From Selaginella moellendorffii (taxonomy: Eukaryota > Plantae > Lycopodiophyta), in NCBI RefSeq assembly GCF_000143415.4, contig NW_003314333.1, forward strand, positions 757,207-821,206: a stretch of 64,000 nucleotides of DNA. Direction: 5' to 3'. The translations under genes and the position numbers were made by a program. The number at the start of each line of letters is the position of its first letter. Within the stretch, counting starts at the first letter, position 1. The notes beneath the pieces were generated by a model. It ran no database searches and was not told the origin of the DNA. It worked only from the letters and a program-made list of their open reading frames with translations. Positions 1 to 11,600 of this stretch are shown here, piece by piece.

Positions 1-602
1 CCCAGCTCCGTCACCGATCTCACCTCCTTGATCACCTTGATCTTGTCCGCGGCCTCATACTTCTCCAGCTTGATATCAAACACCATCTTCTCCACTGGCT
101 TCTCGGGTGCCGCGGCGGCGGCGGACGCATCGGCAGCGGCGCCGCCACTTCCAGCTCCGCCAGGAGCCATCATCCCCGCCGGCATCACCATCCCCGCGGG
201 CATCATCATCGGCACCGAGATGTTGGCGTGATCAAGCCCGAGGCGCTTCTTGAGCTGCTCCGTGAGATCCGCGAAGTCGACCACCGAGAGCTCCACGAGC
301 TCGTTGACGAGCTTCATCACTCTCTCGGATGGAACGCGCTCTTGGGCTGCGGCGGCAGCTGCTTCCGGCTTCTCGGATTTGCCCGCCGCCGCCGCTGCTG
401 CTGCTGCTTCTGGCTTCTCGGATTTGGCCTTGTCACTCGCTGGCGATGCTTTGTCTGGTTTTCCCGCCTTCTTCGCCGCTGCCTCTGCCGCATTTACCTG
501 GGAGGATGTGTGGAATGCCAAGGACCAACCTGTGAGAAGCGCGCTCCTCCATTGCTCGTCGGTCCGGAGAGCCAAGTGCCGAGCACCACGAAGAACGCTC
601 AT
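1..602 (-). CDS. RPL12: Mitochondrial-type ribosomal protein L7/L12 (5' part; runs off the window)
   Basis: Manual translation from ATG 602: MSVLRGARHLALR (transit-like)...ERVMKLVNELVELSVVDFADLTEQLKKRLG...Ala-rich hinge...EKMVFDIKLEKYEAADKIKVIKEVRSVTELG, the L12 N- and C-domain motifs. Absent from the ORF track because the stop lies outside the window. Confidence 0.9.
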   Translation of the reverse strand, partial: MSVLRGARHLALRTDEQWRSALLTGWSLAFHTSSQVNAAEAAAKKAGKPDKASPASDKAKSEKPEAAAAAAAAGKSEKPEAAAAAAQERVPSERVMKLVNELVELSVVDFADLTEQLKKRLGLDHANISVPMMMPAGMVMPAGMMAPGGAGSGGAAADASAAAAAPEKPVEKMVFDIKLEKYEAADKIKVIKEVRSVTEL

Positions 603-609
603 TCCTCCC

Positions 610-662
610 TAGGGTTTTAGGGAAGAGCCCAAAAACCCTAATAGTAAAGCCCAAAACCCTAA
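610..662. promoter_or_regulatory. Telo-box (AAACCCTA) and site II-like (GGGCT) cluster upstream of RPL12
   Basis: tagggtttt at 610, and gagcccaaaaaccctaa and aagcccaaaaccctaa at 626-662. This combination is typical of plant ribosomal protein promoters. Confidence 0.6.
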
Positions 663-802
663 TGGCAAATGGTCATAAGGTTGCTAAAAACTCGATTATT
701 CGCTGGCCATGGTTATTTTCTAGAGGACAGTGTTTGTGTTTGTGGCAGTAGCGTCAATGATATATGATCCAATCGGATCAATTGGGTATGAGAAGACGAT
801 GA

Positions 803-2246
803 TCAGTCGCGCTCGATCTGGATGGTAACATGCGTGATCTTAAAATCGCGCTCGCAGTATTCGATCACGTTGCGCAGCACCTCGTCCGCGTCCGCATCGC
901 GCTCGATCTTGACATGGCACGCCAGCAGAACTTTGCCGAGCGTGATCGCCCAGATGTGGAGCTCATGCACCGCCTGGACGCTGCCAATCCGCCGCAGCCC
1001 CTCCTCCAGCCTCGTCGCGTCGATCTCCCGCGGCGTGCTCTCCATGAGCACGTCCGAGATCTCCGTCCACATGTTGACGGTGGTGAGCAGCACCAGTACC
1101 GAGAAGAGCAGCGTGCACACCAGATCCACCACCTTCCACTCGGGCTTGTACCAGATGATCGCCCCCGCGATCATCACTCCGATGCTCTGGATCAGATCGC
1201 CCAAGACGTGCAAGTAAGCGCCCCTCACGTTGATGCTGCTGGTCTTGCTGTTCTTGCTCGTACCGTGGTCACGGAGCTCGTCCAGATCTTTGTCGAGCTT
1301 GATACGGTTGGGGCCGTGATCCGAGTCGACACGTATCAGAAAAGAATCACTTTTTCTCCCATGGTGATCGTGCTGTTCCTGTCCCTGGTGGCCGTGCTCT
1401 TGGTGGCCGTGATCTTGTTCCTGGTGGTCGTGATCTCGGCCGTGTTCTTCGTGATCGTGCTGCTGGTGGTCGTGATCGCTGTCAGCGTGATTAGGATCTT
1501 TGTCCTTGTCACCGACAGTAGTGCATCCTCCACTGTGAGTGTGAGAGTGGGATTGGCGGGAGTGTCCTCCTCCACTGTGGCTGTGGCCGTGGCCGTGGCT
1601 ATGGCTGTGACCGTGGCTATGGCCGTGTCCACCATGATCTCCCAGGATCAGCATCATTCCAATGTTGACGAGCAAGCCAAGCGTTGCGATGATGAACATG
1701 AGCCCCCCATTCACTGGCTGGCTGTCGTGGAAGAAGCGCGAGACCGCCTCGTAGACGAGGATCCCAGTGATGAGCCAGATGATGTGAATTGAAACCAGCG
1801 CCCCCAGGATCTCCACCCGGTGGAAGCCATAGGATTGCTTGGGGGTCGCGTCCCAGCCCGAGGCGTAGATCGCGAAGAGCGAGATCGCGAACGAGGCCAC
1901 ATCCGAGAGGAGATGAGCCGCGTCCGTGAGGATCGCCAAGCTCCCGGCTATAATCCCTCCCCCTACCTCCAGAATCATGAAGACGATACAGAGCCCAATC
2001 GCGATCACCAGCTTCCTCGTCGTCGCGCGCCGCTTGGCCAGGTCCTCCGGGTCCGATAGGCCGCAGCCATCGCCGCAAGAGACCATGCCGCGCTGCCTGA
2101 TCATCGGTCCATCCCAATCGACCAACGGCAATCACACTAAATCAGCTGGAATTCCCAATGCGATCGATCAGGTCGGCTCACCGTGAAATGGAATCCACCT
2201 CCTCCGCCGCGCGTCCGTGGTTGCTCCTCAGCAATGGCTCCTCCAT
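803..2246 (-). CDS. MTP1: Metal tolerance protein 1-type Zn/H+ antiporter (CDF family)
   Basis: SLAILTDAAHLLSDV and GAYLHVLGDLIQSIGV (HxxxD sites), a His-rich loop with about 31 His, and C-terminal HELHIW...HVTIQIE. Probable exon 1 2246-2182 (MEEPLLRSNH...), GT-AG intron 2181-2097, exon 2 2096-803. Confidence 0.93.
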
Positions 2247-2328
2247 GATGCTCTGCTTAGCCCTAAATTTCGCCCTATCTTTAAGGCCCGTTTCTTCACT
2301 GGATTGCTTTTTAGGGCTCTAGCGGAGC

Positions 2329-3781
2329 ATGCGCCAGGGACGCAGGAGTCTCAGGTTTAGCAAGATTTTGGGGCTGGCATTCCTTCTCCTAGTAGTCGGA
2401 TTGCTCGCGCTCCGCCGGTGGCAGCCTCACGAGTTACACATGGGTGAGTGTTTAGATTAGATTCGGTGGAAAATGTATGATCTCTAAATTCTTCCTGTCA
2501 GCATCCTATAATTCGCAGCGCTCGACAATCTATCAGAAAATGGCTGACGAAGGTCGGGCATTCCTTGCCGGTGGAGAAACCACGCAATCTCTCAAGGTAA
2601 GTTTTGAGTCTTTCGTTTCAAAAGGGAACTCCTTGGAACATTTTTCTGTTCTCCAGATCAGTGATATCTTCTCTTTCGACAATGGAAAGATTCATCCCAT
2701 CCACAAGGTACCTACATTTTTCCTTCTTCAGTTCATTCCATGCCATTCTAAACACTTGTTGCAATTCAAGCTCGCAGAGCCACCTGTTCGAGCCGCGGTG
2801 CTCTACTTGCCGCAGAAATTCTCGCGAGTGATATCGTTCGTGTGACGAGTTCTAGTTGCGGGCTCTGAAGTTGATACGTTTCTTTGTTTGTAGGGAGATC
2901 ATCACAGAGACACTCGGCTCGCATTCTTCAGGCAAGTCACGTTCATCGTTTACTATGCCGTGATTGATGTTTCATTGATGCAGCTATCTGGTACCAGAAT
3001 CCCGAGATGTATCACTTTAGCCTTTACCACGCCTCGCATCATCTGGAGCCGGTGCCGGCATCCAAGTCCGAGGTAAGCATTTCGAGATGTGTGCTTTACG
3101 TGTTGGTGTTTTTTTATTGTTTAGATCGCAAGGGAGCTGGAAGCTGTGGACCAAGTTGCAAGATCGTGCTCTCCTTTACGTATTCAACTGGAGCGTGTTG
3201 TATTGACTTGTACAGGAGCTCTGATCGGCTGCTGGCAGGTTTGACGTCCATGATTGGAAAAGTCGTTAAATCTTACTTTAGTTTCCAGGTTTTGGAAGGG
3301 ACAGATCCACTCGTTATACGGGAACGTTTGAAGAACAAGCTCCCAAATGCACCAAAGAAACAACTGGTAAGAGTTGTAGCCCTTCATCCATTCTATGGTC
3401 TCTCTTTTAAGCTCGGTTTTGCAGTATGACCAGCTCATACTCCATTCTTCCTTCGCGAGAATTTTACCACCGACAGCAAACGAAACTGTGGAGGTTTGTT
3501 AGATCGATCGATCGATCAATCGCTCGAGTTTTCTAAGCTATTATCCATGCAGAAAAAAGATAATCGGATGACCACCGAGCTGCTGGAGCAACTAGTCATG
3601 GATCTGAACAAAGCGCTGCAAAACTTCGAGGTGATCAAATCACTATTACTTCCAGGATAAAGATTTATTGTTCCAATTCCAGGCTGATATCAAAGAGCTA
3701 TGGTTCGTGGAAGAACTGGATATATTAGCTCTGGCACTCCAAGGCCGAGTTAAAACCCATAAGTTTTCCCTGGGAGGATAA
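2329..3781 (+). CDS. Conserved plant membrane-anchored protein with a 2H-phosphoesterase-like signature (multi-exon)
   Basis: Spliced across about 10 short GT-AG introns: MRQGRRSLRFSKILGLAFLLLVVGLLAL (TM)...PPVRAAVLYLP...WYQNPEMYHFSLYHASHH...ERVVLTCTGALIGCWQ...LILHSSFARIL...ELWFVEELDILALALQGR...GG*. Confidence 0.75.
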
Positions 3782-4066
3782 ACGTATATACCATTCTGGC
3801 GAATATGCCGTTGGCCCTACTAGCCGTTGAGTTTTCTGACGTGCCACGTTCGCCGGTCGGCACATCTTTCCGGCGTGCCCCCAAAATTCAAAATACAAGT
3901 TTGCCCTAAACCGGCAGCGGCCGGTAGAGAAGGACGCTAGGCTAGGCGCCAGGGAAGGAAGCTTTCTTGGATGCGCCACACCCGCAGCTAGGTTTTTCTA
4001 GGCGCCGAGCTCGCGATCGCTGCGCCGCCCTCGCGATTTGATGCATCGCTGCTGAAATATCGCGGA

Positions 4067-7000
4067 ATGGAGAGCGGCGGAGTCTCGGAGGTCGAGAAAG
4101 ATGCATTGCAGGCTGTCCAGGTCGCCGTTCACATCAGGCCTCTCATCGCGCAGGAACGGATTCAGGGATGCAAGGAATGCGTTTCGGTTGTTCCCGGCGA
4201 GCCGCAGGTAAAATCTCCCAAAATTCCTCTCGCGAGCCGGCGAGATTTCGCTTCTCCCGGTACATCGATCGGGGTATGGATTTAGGTCAATTACGAGCTT
4301 CTGTGGTGCGCAGGTGCAGCTGGGATCGCATTCTTTCACGTTTGATCATGTCTATGGAGGCGGTGGCTCCTCGCCATCGTCTATTTTCGATCAATGCGTG
4401 AGACCTCTTGTCGAGGGATTGTTCCAAGGCTACAATGCCACTGTCCTTGCTTATGGACAGGTAAGAAGTTTGTTTTCTTCTCGTTTGGCACTCACTTGGA
4501 GCTCAATTTATAGACAGGATCCGGCAAAACTTACACTATGGGTACTGGTTACACAGTTGGCGGTAGCAGTGAGGGTGTTATCCCACAAGTCATGAATACA
4601 CTCTTTAGCAAAATTAATGCTTTGAAGCACAAGGCAGACTTCCAAGTCCGAGTCTCTTTTATTGAGGTAACCGGGCAAGCTCTTATGGTTGGTTCATTTC
4701 TTCTTTCTTTTCTGAAGTTTGGCAGTGAATGCAGATCTTGAAGGAGGAGGTCCATGATCTTCTTGACCCAAATCCACCTTCTACAATGAAAACTGATACT
4801 GCCAACGGCGGACTCTTGAGAGTTGTGCCTGGAAAGCCTCCCATCCAGATTCGGGAGACCGGGAGCGGAGGGATCATGCTTGCCGGCGTAACAGAAACTG
4901 AAGTACGTACTTTACCAGAGATGGCCGCCTGCTTAGAACAGGGATCTCTTTGCCGAGCAACAGGAAGCACCAACATGAATGCGCAATCAAGGTGCGTTTG
5001 ACAAGAATTTTCGTCTTTCTGTGGTAGCTAACAAAGTTTACCGCAGTCGCTCTCACGCAATCTTTACTATCAACGTCGAACAACGTCGAAAATGGGATTC
5101 CTTTCTGAATGCTGATACTTCATCATTGCCGGAGGACACCGGAGAAGACTTTCTCTGTGCGAAGCTCCACTTAGTAGATCTTGCTGGTTCTGAGCGCGCC
5201 AAGAGAACTAAAGCAGATGGGAATCGTTTCAAAGAAGGTGAGTGCCTGTTATTCTTGTTACCACTAAAATAGCACCAATGCAGGTGTACATATCAATCGA
5301 GGACTTTTGGCTCTTGGAAATGTGATTAGTGCTTTAGGAGATGACAAAAAACGCAAAGAAGGTGGCCACGTACCTTACAGGGATAGCAAATTGACACGCC
5401 TTTTGCAGGTAAGCCTTAGTGATGGCTGAGTTTATGGTTGTTTATTATTTCGCATGCAGGATTCTTTAGGTGGTAATAGTCGCACAACAATGATTGGTAA
5501 GTCTGCTCAATACAGTTTTCAGAGACTTCACATCCATTCTGTATTAGCTTGTGTTAGTCCTGCGGATTCGAATGCCGAAGAAACACTGAATACCCTGAAA
5601 TATGCTAATCGGGCACGCAACATTCAAAACAAACCAATGGTAGGCTGGCTAATCAATTCTTCTGCCCGTTGTTGATGGTATGCTTTGGTGTGCAGGTGAA
5701 CCGTGATCCAGTAGTTGCGGAGATGCAGAGAATGAGACAGCAGTTGGAAGTACTACAAGCGGAACTTTTATGCGCTCAAGCAGCAACCATACCTGAGGAA
5801 ATTCAGGTAATTATTTTCCTGTAATTCGTTAATTCTGATCCTCGGAAGCACAGATTCTTAAGCAGAAAGTGACATGGCTAGAAAGCAACAACCTGGAACT
5901 ACGGCGTGAACTGCAACAGTCGGCTGAAAGCTGTGCTTTACTTTCCGAGCAAGTCGTTAGTGCACAGGTATTTTACTGTTGGACTGAGTGAACTTTCTGA
6001 ATCTAAACTTAAGTGTAGGTGGAACGCGATAAGTTGCAGCTCAAGTTTCAAAAATTACGTAGTGGCGTGGCGCTTTCGGAGTGTGGAGAGAACGATATCG
6101 AGGTTTGTGTCTGTAAAGTCTCAGTTTGTTTTCTAACCGATTGTTCTCAGCAGAGCGAAGATCTGGTCAAAAACTACTTGAAAAGGATTCAAGAACTGGA
6201 GCTGGAATTGCTAAGTGTGAAGTCTAGCAACGCTACCGATCTTTCGCCTGAAGGAGAAGGGGACGTGGAAGAAGAAGGAGAAGGAGAAGGAGACGTGGAC
6301 GTGGATGTAGTTGCTGCAAAAGAGCTGGAGCATACTATGCGGCAGGACTGTCTGGACAAGGAACTCGAAGAGCTTGATAAACGACTTGAACTGAAAGAGG
6401 TACCGGATGTGAGAATTAAATTGGTTAACATGTTTTTTTTGTCATTCAGGCGGAAATGAAAGCGTTTGCAAGACCCGACAACGTTGTCTTGAAGCAACAT
6501 TTTGAGAAAAAGCTTATTGAGCTTGAAGACGAGAAAAAAACTCTCCAGGTAATGCTTTGCAGAAGTATAGCATGCCGTAACTACTTTGATCTTCTGCAGA
6601 AAGAAAGAGATGCATTGCTTAAGGAGTTAGAGGCGCTGGCGACCAGCTCAGATGAGCACGCTCATAAAATGCAAGAGACGTATGTCCAGAAGCTCAAGGA
6701 CCTCGAGCGTCAGGTGAAGAGAGTTCATAAAGTTTACACTGCCAATGAAAGTTTGGTACTACAGATTGCGGAGCTCAAGAAAAAACAAGAGAATCAAGCA
6801 CAGCTGCTGCGTCAGAAACAACGAAGCGACGAAGCAGCAAAGCGTTTGCAGGAAGACATTTTGCGTATGAAGCAGCAAAAGGCGAGTCATTTTATTGTTT
6901 CCTTAGTGATTTGACTCATCTTCTTTGACAGGTGCAACTACAAAACAAAATAAAGCAAGAGTCAGAGCAGTTTCGTGCATGGAAAAACGCCAGGGAAAAG

Positions 7001-8573
7001 GAGGTCTTGCAGCTCCGGAAAGAGGGAAGGCGAAATGTTTACGAAATGCACAAACTTCAGGCTCTACACCAGCGTCAGAAATTGGTATTTTGTATGATAT
7101 CCTTTCCTGAATTTCTGATTTTATTTTTTCCAGGTTCTTCAAAGAAAAACAGAGGAAGCTGCAGTTGCAACACGCCGCCTGAAAGACATGCTAGAGGCTT
7201 CGGAAGCTTCTTATGCGAGGCAAGTGCTTGTGACGTTACTACCATAACACCTTCGGTTTGTCTGTTGCAGAAGCCAATTGCGTATCAAAGAAATCGAAAA
7301 CAGGGAGCTTAGAAAAAGAGTTATTGAGCTTTCCGAAAGCCTCAAGCAAAGTGAAGCACGCAGAATGGAGTTCGAAAGGGATAATGCTAAACAACGTCGT
7401 GAAAGAGAACAGCCTGCTGCAGTTGTTTTAGCAACAGCGTCAAAGGTACTGCTCAGTTTCATTTCTAGCATTCACTCTGTTTCCTTCTGGCAGGATGCTG
7501 AGCGAGAGATAAATGAGCTTTCTGTCGGACTAGCGCAGCTTGTACATACCGGTAGGAAGTCGTCGCATTATGGCAGTGTTGGTTTTGAAAGCATCCCTTA
7601 CGATCTTCGCAAGGTGGGAGGATTGACGGTTCTTCGATTTTCCACCGGCTTAATCTTGTCGACCATGACAGGCTCCACGGGAATCCTACAAGAGCATAAC
7701 TAGCGAGAGCTCCGAATGTGAAACGGACATGGAGATCGAAGAGATTGATCAGTCAGACAAAGACTGGGACGTGGACGACGAGAAGTACAAAGACGGGCTA
7801 AAGCTGGGCTCGGCAGGGTGCTGCAGCTGCAGCCAAACCTCAGGCTGCAAAACGAAGAAATGTCAATGCAGGCTGGCTGGTGGCTACTGCGGTGCTAGCT
7901 GCTCGTGCAAAGCCAGCAAGTGCGCTAACAGAGAGCATGCGGTGTCCGGGTCAGACATGGCAGGAACCTCTTCAGCTAGCAGTAGTGTACAGGACGCTGG
8001 ATCAGACCGGGGATCGGAAGAGCTGGCCAAGTATGGAGCCAAGCTCCTGGACACTGCATACAAGGAGGAGCTAAGCGCGCAGATTACAGCAAGTATCGGT
8101 GGTGAAACGGTGGAAAAACCCAGCCAGCGTCGCCCACTCAGCGACATCGGCAATACAAGAGTAAGCACGCAAAAACGCTGCATACGTTCGTTTTCTAACG
8201 CAGAGGTGTCTCACAGGTCGTCATTCCGTCTCGAAAGCCTGGAAAGCAAAAGAGAAAGTCGCAGAAGATAGTGGTACAACTCGTTCCCGTGGAGTCGCAG
8301 CCTGAAGCGGTGGCTCCTCCTCCCCAGCCGCCCGCTCTTCCTCCTCTTGCTGTCGATCAAGCTCCACAAGACAGCGAAGTGGAGCAGCAGCAGCAGCAAC
8401 GATATCGGCATCAACGAGAGCAGCCTCTCCAGCCGCGGACTGCGTCAGTGAGCCCGCTTAGAGCTCGCAATCGGCATCGAGCAAGAGACGATAGCGGAGG
8501 CGTGAAGAGAGTGTCGAGCGGTCCACCCAGTCCCAGGAAGAAGCACGGCGACGAGAAAGAAAACATTAGATAA
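4067..8573 (+). CDS. Kinesin-4 (chromokinesin, KIN4C-like with Cys-rich CXC tail), about 20 short introns
   Basis: Motor motifs [69 protein letters not shown]; coiled coil; [17 protein letters not shown]...CGASCSC...CANR; ends DEKENIR*. Confidence 0.92.
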
Positions 8574-8699
8574 GATGCGAAGCAAGAAACAAGCGGCATT
8601 GCAGCCCGAGTCTGCCAAGTGGCAGCCATGTCATCTCTTCACTCCAAATTAGTGATAAATTGGAATGTTATGAGCTAATAATTTAACAATGAGAATAAT

Positions 8700-11600
8700 T
8701 TATCAGCTAATAATTTTAACAATATGAATTTTTATCAACATATTGAATGTTGTATCAGACCTTATAAACTTTGGCACAACACTTGATATAGTTCTTTTCA
8801 ATGTGTAAATAGCCCTTCAGACAAATTATATATCATAAGAATGGGAAAATAAATTAATACTATATTATCCACTTTATATTTTATATATAAAGAAAAATAG
8901 TTAAATATTGATTTTAGAAACTAACTTCAGTAACTGGTGGCAATTGTAAAAGTAAACATAACTCCATTAGCAATATTAGTATTATAAATATATAATAGTT
9001 TATATTGTGAATCATCAACAAAACTTTACACCTCCATAAGATATATATATCATACAAATAACCATCTTAATATGAGTTTTGAAAGTTTATGTACTTCATG
9101 ATCATCCTCTTAAAAGTCTTAATAATCCATTCGACTAAATCATCCATTTATAAATGGTTAGCATTTTGGTCATATAACTTGCTAAACAAGATTAGCAAGT
9201 TGGAGGAACAAGACCCTAGTTGAAGAAGTTGACTTCAAAAAGGGGTGGTACATGGGGCTAACTATGGAAGAGTCCATATATAATCACAAACTTGTTAAGT
9301 GAGAGGGCTTGAAAGTTTGGAAAAACTAAATTCTTAAGTTGTAATTTATAATGTGCTTTGAGTATAAGTTGGTGCATTAACTTGAGGAGTCACATCAGGC
9401 ATCCTCAGTGATGCCATCTGTAAATGCATATGAGGAGGTTGGGTTCAAGTCCCAACCCTCTAGTGTTTGGGTTTAAGTCTTAACTCGCTAAAGTGTAATG
9501 ATGTTTGGAATATGAGGATACTTATTTTTTGGTGGTCATAAACTCTTAGTAAGGAGGCTGTTAAATGGGAGATGCCCTAGAGTCATGATGTACAGTTAGA
9601 TTGTTTAGTTAGAAAACTTGGTAAAGCCTTTGGTGCTTTGGTGCAAATGGCACCAAGGATATGGTGAATGAAATAGGGACACCCAATTTTGATTGTTATG
9701 AACCCTTGACCAAAAGGGTTAACTTGGGTGCACCACCAAAGGTTTGATAGATTTAATATCTATTGGTAAACTTGTTAAGGTGTCGATGTGAGATTATTAG
9801 ATGATTTTATGGCTAAACAAGGACAAAGTCATTGTCAAGTTAAATAATAAGATTCCTAAATCAAAATGTTTATTTAAACTATTAATAATGGTGTGGCTAA
9901 GTCAAGGTGACCAAATGGAAAAAACATATAGAAGAAATAAGTTATGACAATACAATAGTGTTATGAGTCCAAGAAAGTAGTCTCAAAAAAAGCACCCATA
10001 GGAGGGTCATAAGGTGGGCTTAGATAGAGCCCATAGTAGAAATTGTTAAAGAGAATTATTAAAGGTAAATACCCTTAGACTTAGCAAAATAGAGTCTTTG
10101 CTATGGAAATGAAAAGATACTTCAAAATTAAAGGTAGTGATCCTAATTGATTGATGCAACAATCAAAGGATAAAAGCAAAAGACAAATGGTCAAGAATGA
10201 GCCTTAGAAATTATTAGAAGGAATCCAAATAACAAATTAGGCCAAAAACCACCATATAGTGAGTGCTAATGGATTATGGAAAAGAAAATATATTTCCAAG
10301 AATAAGATTCCCAAATACTCTAATTTGGTGAAGTTGAAAGTTTCAAAAGAGATGGAGTGGCAAAGTAGCCAAATGATAGGGTTATGAATAGCCCTAGCAC
10401 GAATTATAAAGTGGTGTTTACATAACTGATGCAATGCAAGGTGTAACACATATGTAGGAAATTGACTCAAGATATCAATATTAAAGTTCTAGAGTGCGAT
10501 GGTTATGTTGGTAGAGGCCAAGGCTACTTTGGAATAAGTAGTAATATTGAGATAGAGAAGTTGTCTCTAACAAGTTTAGCGAAAACTAAACAAAGATAGA
10601 AAAATACCACCAGTGATCTAATATAGCGTATGTGATTTTCACCCTTTATCCTATGGTGATTTACCATAGAATAACTATGAAGTGGAACTTGAACCCTCTA
10701 TATGCCACGTGGCACATGCCATGTGTCTAATGATAGCAGAGTGGAATCCAAGTTTTAGGGTCTTGGGCCAATAAATAAAGGAACAAAGCCAAACTCTCAA
10801 GCTTGCAGCCAAAGAGCAAAGAAACTAGAGCACAGATTAACTAGCAAATGAACAAGAGTACAGAACAACACACTAGTATCCTAACACTAAAACTAATATG
10901 CAAAATAGAGCTAAACGGAGTTTAACACTATTTTAGTATATTAGTAGCCTAACACGAGGATATGGGTATTCCACCAACTAACATAGTTTGGAACTTAGGC
11001 TTAGACTTAAGCGGGATGTAGAACAAAGATAACCACATAAGTGGGAGTGAGACTTTGCCTCAAGTTAGACAAATTTGGACACGGGATGAACACCATTGTG
11101 TTCAGAACAATTTCTACATTCTATAGATATACCAAATTGAATAGAATTAACACAAGATACATGATAGCGAAGGTGTTTGACATACATGGTAAGCTATCAT
11201 CTAATGAATATTGAAGGACTAAGCTCAATATTACGGGGGTTCCCAACACTAGCAAGTGCAAGCCAACATATGAGTTTCTCCTACTATGCCGAGTATGCTT
11301 AGCAAGAAATACATAAGAGTTTCTACCTTATGTTTATCCGGCATAAGTATATACATGATGACTAGTTTCTCAACTAGTTTGAGCAAAGATTGAAAAAAGA
11401 ACTAACAATACCAACCTTCTTCTATTATGGTAGTAAGGAAAGAATATTCGAAAAGACTAATTGATAAGTAGCTTTCGATATCCGCAATCACATTCATAAC
11501 ATCTAATGAGACTCTAAGTTGAAAACATTATGCTTCTTAGATAATGGCCAAAGCATGATGAGCTTTTAGTGTTGAACCATTGATAAATATTGGCTTGGTG

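Noticed and set aside
1240-1640. MTP1 His-rich loop as a novelty
   Set aside because: A long variable His loop is normal for MTP1-type transporters.
830-1792. 320-aa antisense ORF to MTP1 (also 17847-18947, 31335-32198 and 40134-40910)
   Set aside because: Antisense shadows of GC3-rich or repetitive coding sequence.
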